A stretch of DNA of 64,000 nucleotides from Ignavibacteria bacterium (lineage in GTDB: Bacteria > Bacteroidota > Ignavibacteria > Ch128b): the NCBI GenBank assembly GCA_013177855.1, contig JABLYA010000005.1, positions 7,426 through 71,425 of the forward strand, in the 5' to 3' direction. The notes below the pieces were generated by a model that was given only the letters and a program-made list of their open reading frames with translations, made no database searches and had not been told where the DNA came from. Every line of letters begins with the position of its first letter. Position 1 is the stretch's first letter. Below are positions 28,445 to 38,212 of the stretch, piece by piece. The position numbers and the translations under genes are program-made.

Positions 28445-30991
28445 ATGAAAAATATCTTAGGACAGAAAGAATTTAGACAATTAAAAGAATTAAAATCTAT
28501 GAATGAAAATATGGATTTTAGTAATAGAATAGGTTGGAGTGATTGTCTAGTAGGTCGTGCTGTTAATAAATTTTTTAGTTTTGTAACGAAAAATATTTAC
28601 ATAGGAATATTAAAGAAATTAAAAAGTGAATTAGATGACCAATATTTGAAAGGTATTATAATTGCAGTTGCTAAAAATGGTGTTGAGGTAAAATCAGATA
28701 AATCTCAATTAGCAGATATAAACATTATATTAATTAATAAAAATGATGATAATTATATTATAAATGTTTCTGAACTACCGTCATCAAACGGTGAAACAAT
28801 GACATATAAATTTGAAATTCCAAAAAATAGTATTGATGATTTTAAAGCAAAAATCACAACAGATGAAAATTCTACTTGGGTTTATGAAAATCAAAATAAT
28901 CCTGAATTTATAGAAGATTTAAAAGAAAATTTTGAAATAGATGTAACAGCCGAAAATGGTACAACAAAAATAAAAGCTAAAGTTGAAATATCAGAAGTAT
29001 TGGCTACATCACCACAAAAAGTTGAAGAACCTAAACCAGAAGAAAATAAAGAAATAGCTAAATATGAAGTGATGAAAGAATTGGATTACAATAAACAAAT
29101 TCAAATGATACAAAAATTTGTTGGTGAATTCAAAAAAGAATGTGCAAAAGAAAATGATTATGCTTTAATGATTCGTATAAGCAAAGCATTGCAAAAAGAA
29201 TCAGAACAAATTGGTAATATGTTGTCAATTGTATCTAACATTGCACAACCATCTGATAAAATTGCTATTTATAAGGAAAATCCAGAAAATTATAAAAAAT
29301 ATGCAGAATTATTAAAATCTTTATCAGAGGAATTGAAGAATAAAGCAGAAACCATTGATGAAGAAAAGAAAAAGAAAAAAGAACTAAATGACGAAGAGAT
29401 AGAACAAATTATAAATAAAGCTGGTAAAATTTCACTTGAAGAATCAGATAATTATTTTAAAGAAATATCATCAATATACAAAGAAACGTATAATAAGTTA
29501 AAAGATGATGAACGAAAAGAAAAATTAAAAAAATCGTACAAAAGAGCTTCTAAATCTTTACACCCAGACACAAGGAAAAATTATACAGATGAACAAAGAT
29601 TTAATGATTATACAGCCTTTAAAAATCTTGTATCAACAATAAATGAAGCCTTAAATAGTAATTATGATGAGTTGTTAATAGAAAATGCTTTTTATAATTT
29701 CGAAAAGGAATATGAAACAAATGAAAAGGTTGGTATGAATCAATCAAAACAATTTAGCCAAAGTAAAGTGAAAAATTTATTTACAGGTAAAGACAGGAAA
29801 AAATTAGAAAATTATAAAGAACAATTATCAAAATATTATGACATTGATATTAATAAGATAGATCCAAATGATTTGGCTAAAAAATTTGATGAAAATCCTG
29901 AATTGAGAAAATCTGCTATAGATAATGTTAATAAAGAAGCATTAAAAGAAATTGCTTTAAGAGCTGCTTGGATTTATGACCGTGAAAAATACAAAGATCA
30001 AAATAATAATCATTATTCAAGAGTTAATTTCACAACCACACATACAGATGCTGCCAAATTAAAAAATACTTGGTTAAAACTTATTTCAAAGTCGAAATCT
30101 GCATTTTCTCCATTTTTTAGTGAAACTAATAATTTCCCAGAATCTTTAGATCCTATCGCATTGATGAATTCTGATGAAAAATTCAGAACAACATGGTCAC
30201 AATATAGTGTTGCAGATAGTAACAAACATTCAAATCTTAGCAGTAATAGTAGATATTTAAATAAAAATCCAGAATTAGATAATAAAATGAAATTGGTAAG
30301 TCAGTCATTAAGTGACCAACAGTATGGACTAATATCATTTAAACCTAAAAAATCTGATAAAAATTATGTTTTAGTAGTTCAAAAATTAGAAAAATCAAAT
30401 CTGCATATATTTAAATATATTGGTATATATGATTTTAATAAAATACAAAGTGAAATTGCAAAAGAAACTGATCCAAAAAAAATAAAACAAATTATACAAA
30501 AATATAATTATAGTGGTTATGATTTGTATTCTAAGAAAATAACAGATAATGCAGAATTATCATTTTTTAAAGATTTATATGATGCATTTAGACCAACAAA
30601 ATATAATTTATTTGTTAAAAAAACAGGATATGTTAATGGTACTGATAAATTAGGAACATTTTTTATTTTTAAGGATAATCCACATTCTGGTCCAAAAAAA
30701 ATGTTCCAAATAAATGTTATCGGTGATGATAAATATATTACTAAATCAACTTGGATATGTAAAATTGACAGTAAAAATTGGAAAGTTGTAGATTATGAAG
30801 ATTATAAAAATTTGAATGACACTAATTATAGTCAATATCAATTTAATTTTTTATTTGAAGATACATTTAAAATTAATGATAAAGATTACTGGATAACAAG
30901 TAAAATGGATATATTAAGAGATGATAAGACAACTAAAATGTTAAAAGATGATGTCTTAAATCATATATATTCCACATTTAATAAAATATAA
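28445..30991 (+). CDS. 848-aa protein containing an internal J-domain (DnaJ-like)
   Basis: KLKKSYKRASKSLHPDTRKNYTDEQRFNDYTAFKNLVSTINEAL, with the HPD codons at 29561-29569. Confidence 0.6.
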   Translation: MKNILGQKEFRQLKELKSMNENMDFSNRIGWSDCLVGRAVNKFFSFVTKNIYIGILKKLKSELDDQYLKGIIIAVAKNGVEVKSDKSQLADINIILINKNDDNYIINVSELPSSNGETMTYKFEIPKNSIDDFKAKITTDENSTWVYENQNNPEFIEDLKENFEIDVTAENGTTKIKAKVEISEVLATSPQKVEEPKPEENKEIAKYEVMKELDYNKQIQMIQKFVGEFKKECAKENDYALMIRISKALQKESEQIGNMLSIVSNIAQPSDKIAIYKENPENYKKYAELLKSLSEELKNKAETIDEEKKKKKELNDEEIEQIINKAGKISLEESDNYFKEISSIYKETYNKLKDDERKEKLKKSYKRASKSLHPDTRKNYTDEQRFNDYTAFKNLVSTINEALNSNYDELLIENAFYNFEKEYETNEKVGMNQSKQFSQSKVKNLFTGKDRKKLENYKEQLSKYYDIDINKIDPNDLAKKFDENPELRKSAIDNVNKEALKEIALRAAWIYDREKYKDQNNNHYSRVNFTTTHTDAAKLKNTWLKLISKSKSAFSPFFSETNNFPESLDPIALMNSDEKFRTTWSQYSVADSNKHSNLSSNSRYLNKNPELDNKMKLVSQSLSDQQYGLISFKPKKSDKNYVLVVQKLEKSNLHIFKYIGIYDFNKIQSEIAKETDPKKIKQIIQKYNYSGYDLYSKKITDNAELSFFKDLYDAFRPTKYNLFVKKTGYVNGTDKLGTFFIFKDNPHSGPKKMFQINVIGDDKYITKSTWICKIDSKNWKVVDYEDYKNLNDTNYSQYQFNFLFEDTFKINDKDYWITSKMDILRDDKTTKMLKDDVLNHIYSTFNKI

Positions 30992-31001
30992 ATATTTAGT
31001 T

Positions 31002-31430
31002 ATGCAAAAATTTACAAAAATAAACGAATCGCAAGAAACACCTGTAAAATGTGTTGATATGACATCTATTTTAGCAATTATTGCTAAAAATACAAAATTT
31101 TGTATGTCAGAGGTTAATAAAAGAATAGAAATAGCTAATAGTGAGGCAAAATCTTTAAATGATAAAAAAGAACCAAAGGCGTTAGCATCTGGTAAAGAAG
31201 AGACAATATCAAATCAACAAACACAAACTCAACAAATACCAACACAAACACCTAAAAATCAACAAACACCTAAAAATCAACAAACACCTAAAAATCAACA
31301 AACACCTAAAAATCAACAAACACCTGAAAATCAACAAACACCTAAAAATCAACAAACACCAACACAACCAGCTCAACAAACAACACAACAAACTAAAACA
31401 CAAATACCAATACAAACTAAAACAACATAG
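31002..31430 (+). CDS. Hypothetical Q/T/P-rich protein with PKNQQT repeats
   Basis: ORF with an in-frame 18-bp repeat. Confidence 0.5.
   Translation: MQKFTKINESQETPVKCVDMTSILAIIAKNTKFCMSEVNKRIEIANSEAKSLNDKKEPKALASGKEETISNQQTQTQQIPTQTPKNQQTPKNQQTPKNQQTPKNQQTPENQQTPKNQQTPTQPAQQTTQQTKTQIPIQTKTT
31251..31358 (+). repeat. Near-perfect 18-bp tandem repeat x6 (cctaaaaatcaacaaaca)
   Basis: Read directly. One unit has a single a-to-g change (PENQQT). Confidence 0.9.
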
Positions 31431-31460
31431 AAATAAAAACAATATAAATAACATAGAATA

Positions 31461-31490
31461 AAAAAACCGCTCAATGAGCGGTTTTTATTT
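31461..31490. terminator. Bidirectional hairpin terminator
   Basis: Stem ccgctc/gagcgg flanked by an A-run and a T-run, between convergent genes. Confidence 0.7.
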
Positions 31491-31507
31491 CATTATATTG
31501 AAAGATA

Positions 31508-31816
31508 TTATTTTAAAAATTTTTTCATTTTAGCACACATTTCGTACTTTTCTGATTTTAAATAACCTTCAAAAATTTCAGTGACGTAACCATTATAATA
31601 TTTATCAAGTAATTCAATTATTTTTGAAATTTTTTCAGAATCATTAATTTCTATGAAATAATCTAAACATTCTGCAATTTCTTCTTTTTCAAAGATGAAA
31701 CCATCCATCAATTTATTGTAATATAAAGTATTACAAACTTTTAAAAATCTGTCATATGCAGTATTTATATCACCCTGTTCAAGTTTTCTTTTTATGTTGT
31801 TGAATATTTCTTTCAT
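31508..31816 (-). CDS. Hypothetical protein, paralog pair member 1
   Basis: Shares EGFI(F/Y)E.E, (L/I)DKYY.GY and EKYE.C..(M/I)K.F with 31908..32219. TATCTTTG lies 34 nt upstream. Confidence 0.55.
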   Translation of the reverse strand: MKEIFNNIKRKLEQGDINTAYDRFLKVCNTLYYNKLMDGFIFEKEEIAECLDYFIEINDSEKISKIIELLDKYYNGYVTEIFEGYLKSEKYEMCAKMKKFLK

Positions 31817-31907
31817 TTTTTCTTAGTTTTATATGTTTTTATTATTTATACAAAGATACAGCAAAATAATCAAAATAAAAAATAATTTATAAAAATTTTA
31901 ATGTATA

Positions 31908-32219
31908 TCAATATTTTATAAATCTTTTAATTCTGTTACATTCTTCATATTTTTCTTCTTTTATTAACTCATTCATTTTCTTTTGAATGTAACCTTCATA
32001 ATATTTGTCTATTATAGAAGCAAGAAAATCAGACTTTTTTGTTTCATTCACTCTTTCAAAGAATTCCATAGCATTATATAAATCTTCTGATTCATATATA
32101 AATCCTTCAACTACTTTTTGATAGAAAGGTTCATAACACATTCTTTCAAAAGCTAACAGTTGTTCATCTAGTGTTTTCTTTGAAAAAATATAATCTGATA
32201 ATGTTTTCTTTTCTTTCAT
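31908..32219 (-). CDS. Hypothetical protein, paralog pair member 2
   Basis: The first ATG is at 32219. TATCTTTG (32223..32230, minus strand) ends 3 nt before it, so the transcript may be leaderless. Confidence 0.5.
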   Translation of the reverse strand: MKEKKTLSDYIFSKKTLDEQLLAFERMCYEPFYQKVVEGFIYESEDLYNAMEFFERVNETKKSDFLASIIDKYYEGYIQKKMNELIKEEKYEECNRIKRFIKY

Positions 32220-32391
32220 ACACAAAGATACTATTTTTATTTAATTTAAAAAATGATATTGATTATCAATCTTTTAAAATATTAGTTTTTAATATATTAT
32301 ACGTTAAAATCTTAAAAAATGTTTTATATTAAAAATTAACATTTTTTCAAGTACCACATATTTTATATATAAATAAAATTCTGTTATAGTT

Positions 32392-32820
32392 ATGAAAAAT
32401 TATTTAAAATTTGTTCAGAAAATCAATGAAGAAGATTTAGAGCAGGTAAAACAAGACATTACTAATAAAGTCGCAGCACAACAAGCTAAAACACCAAAAG
32501 GTAAAGAAACACTTGATAAGATGAAATTTGAAGAAAAGCCAAATGACGCAATAATAGCTGATATCAAGAAGGAGATAGAAAATTATGAAAATCAAAAGAT
32601 TACAGTCAATAATAGAATTGAAGAAATAAATAAAAAAATTGAGTTATTTAGTAGTCAGGCAAAAGAAACTAGAGATGCAAAAATGCAAGCAGATTTAAAT
32701 AAAAAAGTACAATCACTACAAGATAGTTTAACTGATCTTGTGGAAGAATTGAAAAAATTTGATGATTTAATTTTAAAATCAACAGAAAGACAACAAAAAT
32801 TAGAAAATACTAATAAATAA
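32392..32820 (+). CDS. Coiled-coil protein with CTS-like leader
   Basis: MKNYLKFVQKINEEDLE... with heptad-rich K/E sequence. The stop overlaps the next start (TAATG). Confidence 0.5.
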   Translation: MKNYLKFVQKINEEDLEQVKQDITNKVAAQQAKTPKGKETLDKMKFEEKPNDAIIADIKKEIENYENQKITVNNRIEEINKKIELFSSQAKETRDAKMQADLNKKVQSLQDSLTDLVEELKKFDDLILKSTERQQKLENTNK

Positions 32821-35800
32821 TGGCAAAAGAACAAGATTTTATTGACAAACTTACTAATTTCACATCTGCTTTAGAAGATTTGGTTACACTTTTGAAGGAA
32901 CAACAAAAAATTGGTCCTACAGAAGTTGTTAATCAATTATTGGAAAATCTTGATGCTGAAGCAATTTCAAATTTGGCTAAAAATATTGAGGAAGTAAAAG
33001 AAAATACCGTCGAAATTAATAAGAATACAGAAAAAATATTAAAAGCTATTAAAGACCAAAAGAAACAGAAAGAAACAGGTATGTTTGGTGATGTTTCTGA
33101 TAAAAAGAATAAAGATAAAATTATAGATGGTGTTAAAACAATTATTCTCATTGCTTCTGGTGTACTTGCTATAGGTATGGCTTTCAAAATAGTTGGTGCG
33201 GTTGATTTTCTTTCTGTTGTGGCTCTTGGAATGGGTATAATGTTTGTAGCCATGGCTTTTGCCAAAGTTGCTGTATTAAAAGATGATAAAGGTAAACCGC
33301 TTGGATGGAAGCAGCTTGTGATGGGTGCTGCAGTATTGGTATTAATGTCTGGTGCAATATTAGTATCAGGTTTAATCTTAAAACAAATACCTATTCTTAA
33401 TATTAAAGAATTAATAACCATTGTTTTTGTTGGTGCTACAATGGGTTTAGCAACATTTTTAATAATGAAAGGTATTGATAAAGTCAGCTTTAAAGATATG
33501 GCAAAAGCCGCATTAGTACCATTGTTATTACCTGCTATTGCTTTAGGTATCGTAGGTGCTGGTTATGCACTACAATATATGCCAGAAGTTACTTTTAAAC
33601 AAGCATTAAGTGCTTTAATGGTTTCAGTTGCTATGTTACCTATTGTATTGGGTATAGGTTATATGATTAAAGGTTTGAAAAACGCATCTATGAAAGATGT
33701 TATGTTTGCAGGTTTAGCCATACCTATAATAGCCGCTGGAATCGTTGCCGCATCATATATTTTACAATTTGTTCAACCTGTTCCATTTTTTGATGTGTTG
33801 TTGGCTGGTATAGCAATTGGAATTGCTACATTGGCTATGGTTCCAACTATAATGTTGTTAAATGAGGTTGGTTTAACAAAACCAGAAAAGATAAAAGACT
33901 TAGCAATTGGTGTTTTAGCTATTACATTAATATCAATGGCTATTGTTGCCGCTTCTTGGATTTTATCTTTTGGTAATTATGGTGCTTATCCAGATGCTGG
34001 TTGGTCATTTGGTGTAGGTTTGTCTTTGATACTTTTTACAATGCCTGTTGCTTTTATAGGTATTTTAGTTTCAAGTGGAGTAGGTTATCTTGCATTAACC
34101 GCTGGTTTACTTGGTATTCCACTTATTGCAACCGCTATTGTTTTAACATCTTGGATTGTAGGTGCTGGTAATTATTCAACATATCCACCACCAGATTGGG
34201 CATTAGGTGTAGGTCTATCTATGCTTATATTTGGAACACCAATGATAGTTCTTGGCGCATTTATTTTTGGAACATTTGGATTTGGTTTAGCTATGTTATC
34301 TGCAGGTATAGCTGGTATTTTGTTAATTGCAGAAGCTATAGTTGAAGCCGATAAGATATTATCAAAAGGTAAGTGGGGTAATTATCCTAGTCCAGATTGG
34401 GCATTAGGTGTAGGTGAATCAATTAGAGCATTTTCTGAAGTATTAATAGAACTGACAAAACTTCAAATGTTATCATCTATGATAAGTTTCTTCTTTGGTG
34501 GTTCAGTAGAAATTGATTTACCTTCATTTATAATAGAAGTTTCAAATGCTTTATTAACTGCTGGAAAAATATTTAATTCTGCACCAAATGTTTTTGGTGG
34601 TAACTATCCAACAGAAGATTGGGCAAAAGGTGTTGGTCAATCAATAAAATCATTTTCAGAAGTATTGATAGAATTGACAAAGTTACAAATGCTTAGTGAT
34701 ATGATAAGTTTCTTCTCTTTAGGACTTGCAGGTGGTGGTGAAATAGATTTAAAAGCTTTTATAATTAGTACATCTGAAGCATTGATTGAATCAGGTAGAA
34801 TATTTAGTAATAATAAAAATGTTAGTTTTGATGGGAATTATCCTTCTGAAGACTGGGCAAAAGGTGTTGGTGGTTCTATTGCTTCATTTGCCCAAGCTAT
34901 TGCATCTTTAAAAGAATCTGGTGTTGATATAGATGCAAGTGATTTAAATGATGATGATGGTGCCATTGCTATTATGAAAGGTTTATCATATGGTTTAATT
35001 GAAGTTGGTAGAATTTTTACAGGTAATAATATAATTTTTGATGATTCAAAAGTTCCTAGTCCAGATTGGGCAGAAGGTGTTGGTGGTTCGTTAAAAGCCT
35101 TTGCTGAAGCTATTGCATCTTTAAAAGAAGCTGGTGTTGATATAGATGCAAGTGATTTAAATGATGATGATGGTGCCATTGCTATTATGAAAGGTTTGTC
35201 AGAGGGTTTAATTGAAGTTGGTAAAATTTTTACAGGTGATATAATTTTTGATGATTCAAAAGTTCCTAGTCCAGATTGGGCAGAAGGTATTGTTGCTGCT
35301 TTAAATGCTTTTGCTAGCGTTGATGGTGATTTTGATAGTATATTTAATGTTAAATCATTAATTGAAATAATGTTACAAACCGCAGAATTTTTTAATGAAA
35401 TGAATTCAATTAATTTACCAAATAAAGAATGGGTAAGTTCGTTTATTGATCTTATAAAGAATGGTGCTTATGAAATAACTAAAGTTGGTATAGTATTAGG
35501 CACAATTGATGATTTTTGGCTAGCGATGGATAGAATTATAAATGTTGCAAAAACAATGTATCACTTTACAGAATGGATGTCAGATACTTATGAAGAATTT
35601 GGTTCTGTTTTTGAAGGTGAAGGTATTGCTTCAAAAATATCAAAATCTTTACAAACATTGATAGAGGTTATTCCAACACAAGAAAAAATAGACCCGTTGT
35701 GGTCATTAATTGATGCACTTCAAGAATTGTCTGAAATTTCTTGGTTTGATTTGTCTGGTATAAGCGATGTAGCTAATGCTATTGATTATCTGGCAGATAA

Positions 35801-36203
35801 AATATCTGATATAGATGCAGGAAACATCGATGCTATAAATAGATTAAATGCTGGATTACATATAATGTCACTTGTAGATGAAACAAAATTAAAATCGGTT
35901 TTAAGTGCTATTGAAGACAAATCAGAAACATTAAGTGAAATTATGGATGATGGTGGTTTTGTTAGTCAATTGTTTAATGAATTATCTAATACTATTGGTG
36001 GCAAAACAAGTAGTTTTAGTGCAATGAATACTGAGTATGGTGGTGCAATTGTTAAAAAACCAGAAGAATCTGCAAAATCCTTTGAAGATGAACTATTAAA
36101 ATACATTAAGAATATCGATAATAATATTAGTAAGATGGCTGGATTTACCGAAGAAGAAAAACAAGAAAAATTAGAAAGTAAAAATGTAGAAGGAAATGAT
36201 TAG
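32820..36203 (+). CDS. Large multi-pass membrane protein with tape-measure-like repeated modules
   Basis: 1127 aa. An N-terminal coiled coil is followed by about a dozen or more hydrophobic helices (aa 100-510), then repeated YP(S/T)(P/E)DWA.GVG.S...F modules. Confidence 0.55.
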   Translation: MAKEQDFIDKLTNFTSALEDLVTLLKEQQKIGPTEVVNQLLENLDAEAISNLAKNIEEVKENTVEINKNTEKILKAIKDQKKQKETGMFGDVSDKKNKDKIIDGVKTIILIASGVLAIGMAFKIVGAVDFLSVVALGMGIMFVAMAFAKVAVLKDDKGKPLGWKQLVMGAAVLVLMSGAILVSGLILKQIPILNIKELITIVFVGATMGLATFLIMKGIDKVSFKDMAKAALVPLLLPAIALGIVGAGYALQYMPEVTFKQALSALMVSVAMLPIVLGIGYMIKGLKNASMKDVMFAGLAIPIIAAGIVAASYILQFVQPVPFFDVLLAGIAIGIATLAMVPTIMLLNEVGLTKPEKIKDLAIGVLAITLISMAIVAASWILSFGNYGAYPDAGWSFGVGLSLILFTMPVAFIGILVSSGVGYLALTAGLLGIPLIATAIVLTSWIVGAGNYSTYPPPDWALGVGLSMLIFGTPMIVLGAFIFGTFGFGLAMLSAGIAGILLIAEAIVEADKILSKGKWGNYPSPDWALGVGESIRAFSEVLIELTKLQMLSSMISFFFGGSVEIDLPSFIIEVSNALLTAGKIFNSAPNVFGGNYPTEDWAKGVGQSIKSFSEVLIELTKLQMLSDMISFFSLGLAGGGEIDLKAFIISTSEALIESGRIFSNNKNVSFDGNYPSEDWAKGVGGSIASFAQAIASLKESGVDIDASDLNDDDGAIAIMKGLSYGLIEVGRIFTGNNIIFDDSKVPSPDWAEGVGGSLKAFAEAIASLKEAGVDIDASDLNDDDGAIAIMKGLSEGLIEVGKIFTGDIIFDDSKVPSPDWAEGIVAALNAFASVDGDFDSIFNVKSLIEIMLQTAEFFNEMNSINLPNKEWVSSFIDLIKNGAYEITKVGIVLGTIDDFWLAMDRIINVAKTMYHFTEWMSDTYEEFGSVFEGEGIASKISKSLQTLIEVIPTQEKIDPLWSLIDALQELSEISWFDLSGISDVANAIDYLADKISDIDAGNIDAINRLNAGLHIMSLVDETKLKSVLSAIEDKSETLSEIMDDGGFVSQLFNELSNTIGGKTSSFSAMNTEYGGAIVKKPEESAKSFEDELLKYIKNIDNNISKMAGFTEEEKQEKLESKNVEGND
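34851..35290 (+). repeat. Coding tandem duplication, period 213/210 bp (2 full copies plus the start of a third)
   Basis: DWA(K/E)GVGGS...SLKE(S/A)GVDIDASDLNDDDGAIAIMKGLS.GLIEVG.IFTG is repeated almost identically at DNA level. Confidence 0.8.
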
Positions 36204-36244
36204 TAGTTGGTTCTAAAATTATTTTAAAACAAATTTAGTATTTT

Positions 36245-36255
36245 TAAATATATAA
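36245..36255 (+). promoter_or_regulatory. TAAATATATAA (1 mismatch to the 11-mer) 22 nt upstream of ATG 36278
   Basis: Motif match and spacing. Confidence 0.4.
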
Positions 36256-36277
36256 GGAAAATACCTTATATAAATGA

Positions 36278-36721
36278 ATGGAAACTATAGGATTTTTCAA
36301 AAAATGGAAATTATTGTTTCAATATATTAAAACAATAAAAAAACACACAAAAGATATAAAAAATTATTTTCTACAAAATTCATATCAAACAACATACAAA
36401 ATAAAAGATATGAATTATGACCGTGTATATAGATTTTACACTGTTATTAATCTTCTTCCTGAAATAGAAGAAAATGTTAAAAGATATGGTTATCAATATT
36501 TTGATAATGAAACAAAAAAATTTATTAAAGAATTAAATTTACAATTCAAAAAATATGGATTAATGGAACTTGTTGGTTTATCGAGAGCTGATCAAATTGG
36601 TCCAACTAATATACTTGTTGTTGTTGAATTTAAATTTCTTAAAACAGTTAAAATTGCAAGAAATTTAATTGCTTTAATATTATTATTAATTGCTGGTGCA
36701 ATTGTTTTATTTATTTTGTAA
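36278..36721 (+). CDS. Hypothetical protein with C-terminal TM helix
   Basis: C-terminus is LIALILLLIAGAIVLFIL. Confidence 0.5.
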   Translation: METIGFFKKWKLLFQYIKTIKKHTKDIKNYFLQNSYQTTYKIKDMNYDRVYRFYTVINLLPEIEENVKRYGYQYFDNETKKFIKELNLQFKKYGLMELVGLSRADQIGPTNILVVVEFKFLKTVKIARNLIALILLLIAGAIVLFIL

Positions 36722-36744
36722 TTTTTATAAACTTCATGAAACAA

Positions 36745-36755
36745 CTAATATATAA
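36745..36755 (+). promoter_or_regulatory. CTAATATATAA 27 nt upstream of ATG 36783
   Basis: Motif match. Confidence 0.4.
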
Positions 36756-36782
36756 AAAATAAAACTAAAAAATATTTAATTT

Positions 36783-37208
36783 ATGGCAAAAGAAAATTTT
36801 AAAGAATTAGAAAAAGACATTGTTGAATTTTTCATTGAAAGATTAAATACATTTAACATTCCCATTGATTTGAAATTTTATTTTCAATCAAATTGTAAAC
36901 AAAAACAATTAATAAAACTAACAAAAATACCAGATCAATATTCGGTTATTATGAATAAAGATATTCTTGTTCAAGTAAACGAAGAATATTTTGATGCATT
37001 TAGCACAGAAGATGAAGATATTAACAAAATCTTATTTGACCAATGTATTGATTTGATTGAATATGATTTGGATAAAGGTACATTCAAAATAGGTAAAGCT
37101 AATTTTTATGCAACAGAAGGTATAATTGAAAAATATACTTATGACAAAGTTCAAAGAGCTGTGGAAGTAGAAAGATTATACGAAGATCAGAAAAAAAACC
37201 AAGAATAA
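36783..37208 (+). CDS. Hypothetical protein
   Basis: ORF only. Confidence 0.5.
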   Translation: MAKENFKELEKDIVEFFIERLNTFNIPIDLKFYFQSNCKQKQLIKLTKIPDQYSVIMNKDILVQVNEEYFDAFSTEDEDINKILFDQCIDLIEYDLDKGTFKIGKANFYATEGIIEKYTYDKVQRAVEVERLYEDQKKNQE

Positions 37209-37290
37209 TGTATTGAAACCTATTTAAACCAATATATACTAAAAATAAGATAAATAAAAAATAATAAATAAAAAAATAATAAATAATAAT

Positions 37291-38130
37291 ATGCCAGAAG
37301 AATTAAAAAACAATGTACAAGAAATAACAAATACAAACGATTTCGTAATTGAGGATGAAAACAAAATTACTGCAGAAAATGTTATAGATCCACTTGATAA
37401 TTTGGTAAATCATGATTTTTCATCTGATAATGAAATTAATTTAGATGAAAGTTATGAAATGTTAAATCTTATCGAAAGAGAAAATAACATTGCTAAAACT
37501 TTTGAAGCTGAAAATGTAATCAAAGAATTAGAACACCTATACGTTGATGTTAAATATAAAGAAAAATTAACAAAATCTTTTAATAATGTTAAATCTTTTA
37601 TTAATAAATATAACATTGAAAAAGAAGAAGTTAAGAACATGACTGAAGATGAAAAGACAAAAATCTTTGCTATTGGTTCATTTCTTAATAAAAACATAAG
37701 TCATATATTAAACGAATTACAATTCAATATTACTTTTACCAGAGAAGAATACAAATTCATTGAATCTGCAATTAGAAAATTGACATATGATGGTAATGAA
37801 GTTTTTAATATCATTGAATTGAATGAAAAATATTTGAAACAATGGAAAGAACTTGATAAGTCTTTACCAAAAAATCTTAATTCAATGATTGTTACAATAG
37901 ACATTAAGAATGTTGTTATGTTGTATCATTTCCTAAGCAAACATACAGTAAAAGGTCTTGATAAAGAATTTTACACATTTGCAACAGTTTTACAAAAAAT
38001 TGCTGATATAAATAAATTATATAATGCTTACAATGTATTGAAAGAAAGATTGAATACAGATTTTAGAATCTGGACTGGCGCTATGGAGCCAGAACAACCC
38101 GTAAAAGGATTTGTACCTGAACAAGAATAA
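37291..38130 (+). CDS. Hypothetical protein
   Basis: ORF followed by a terminator. Confidence 0.5.
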   Translation: MPEELKNNVQEITNTNDFVIEDENKITAENVIDPLDNLVNHDFSSDNEINLDESYEMLNLIERENNIAKTFEAENVIKELEHLYVDVKYKEKLTKSFNNVKSFINKYNIEKEEVKNMTEDEKTKIFAIGSFLNKNISHILNELQFNITFTREEYKFIESAIRKLTYDGNEVFNIIELNEKYLKQWKELDKSLPKNLNSMIVTIDIKNVVMLYHFLSKHTVKGLDKEFYTFATVLQKIADINKLYNAYNVLKERLNTDFRIWTGAMEPEQPVKGFVPEQE

Positions 38131-38153
38131 TTTTTCTTTTTCATATCTGAATA

Positions 38154-38192
38154 AACCTCTTACCTCACCTAAAGTTAAGAGGTTTTTTTTTC
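38154..38192 (+). terminator. Rho-independent terminator
   Basis: Stem aacctctta/taagaggtt followed by a T9 run. Confidence 0.7.
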
Positions 38193-38212
38193 ATAAAAAG
38201 TAATAACTAATA

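Noticed and set aside
31209-31454. Minus-strand 81-aa ORF rich in C/L/F repeats
   Set aside because: It is the antisense reading of the PKNQQT 18-bp repeat, so it is a repeat artefact.
32933-35179. Minus-strand ORFs 32933..33421 and 34838..35179
   Set aside because: They are antisense to the 1127-aa membrane/tape-measure-like gene, and the second simply mirrors the 210-bp duplication.
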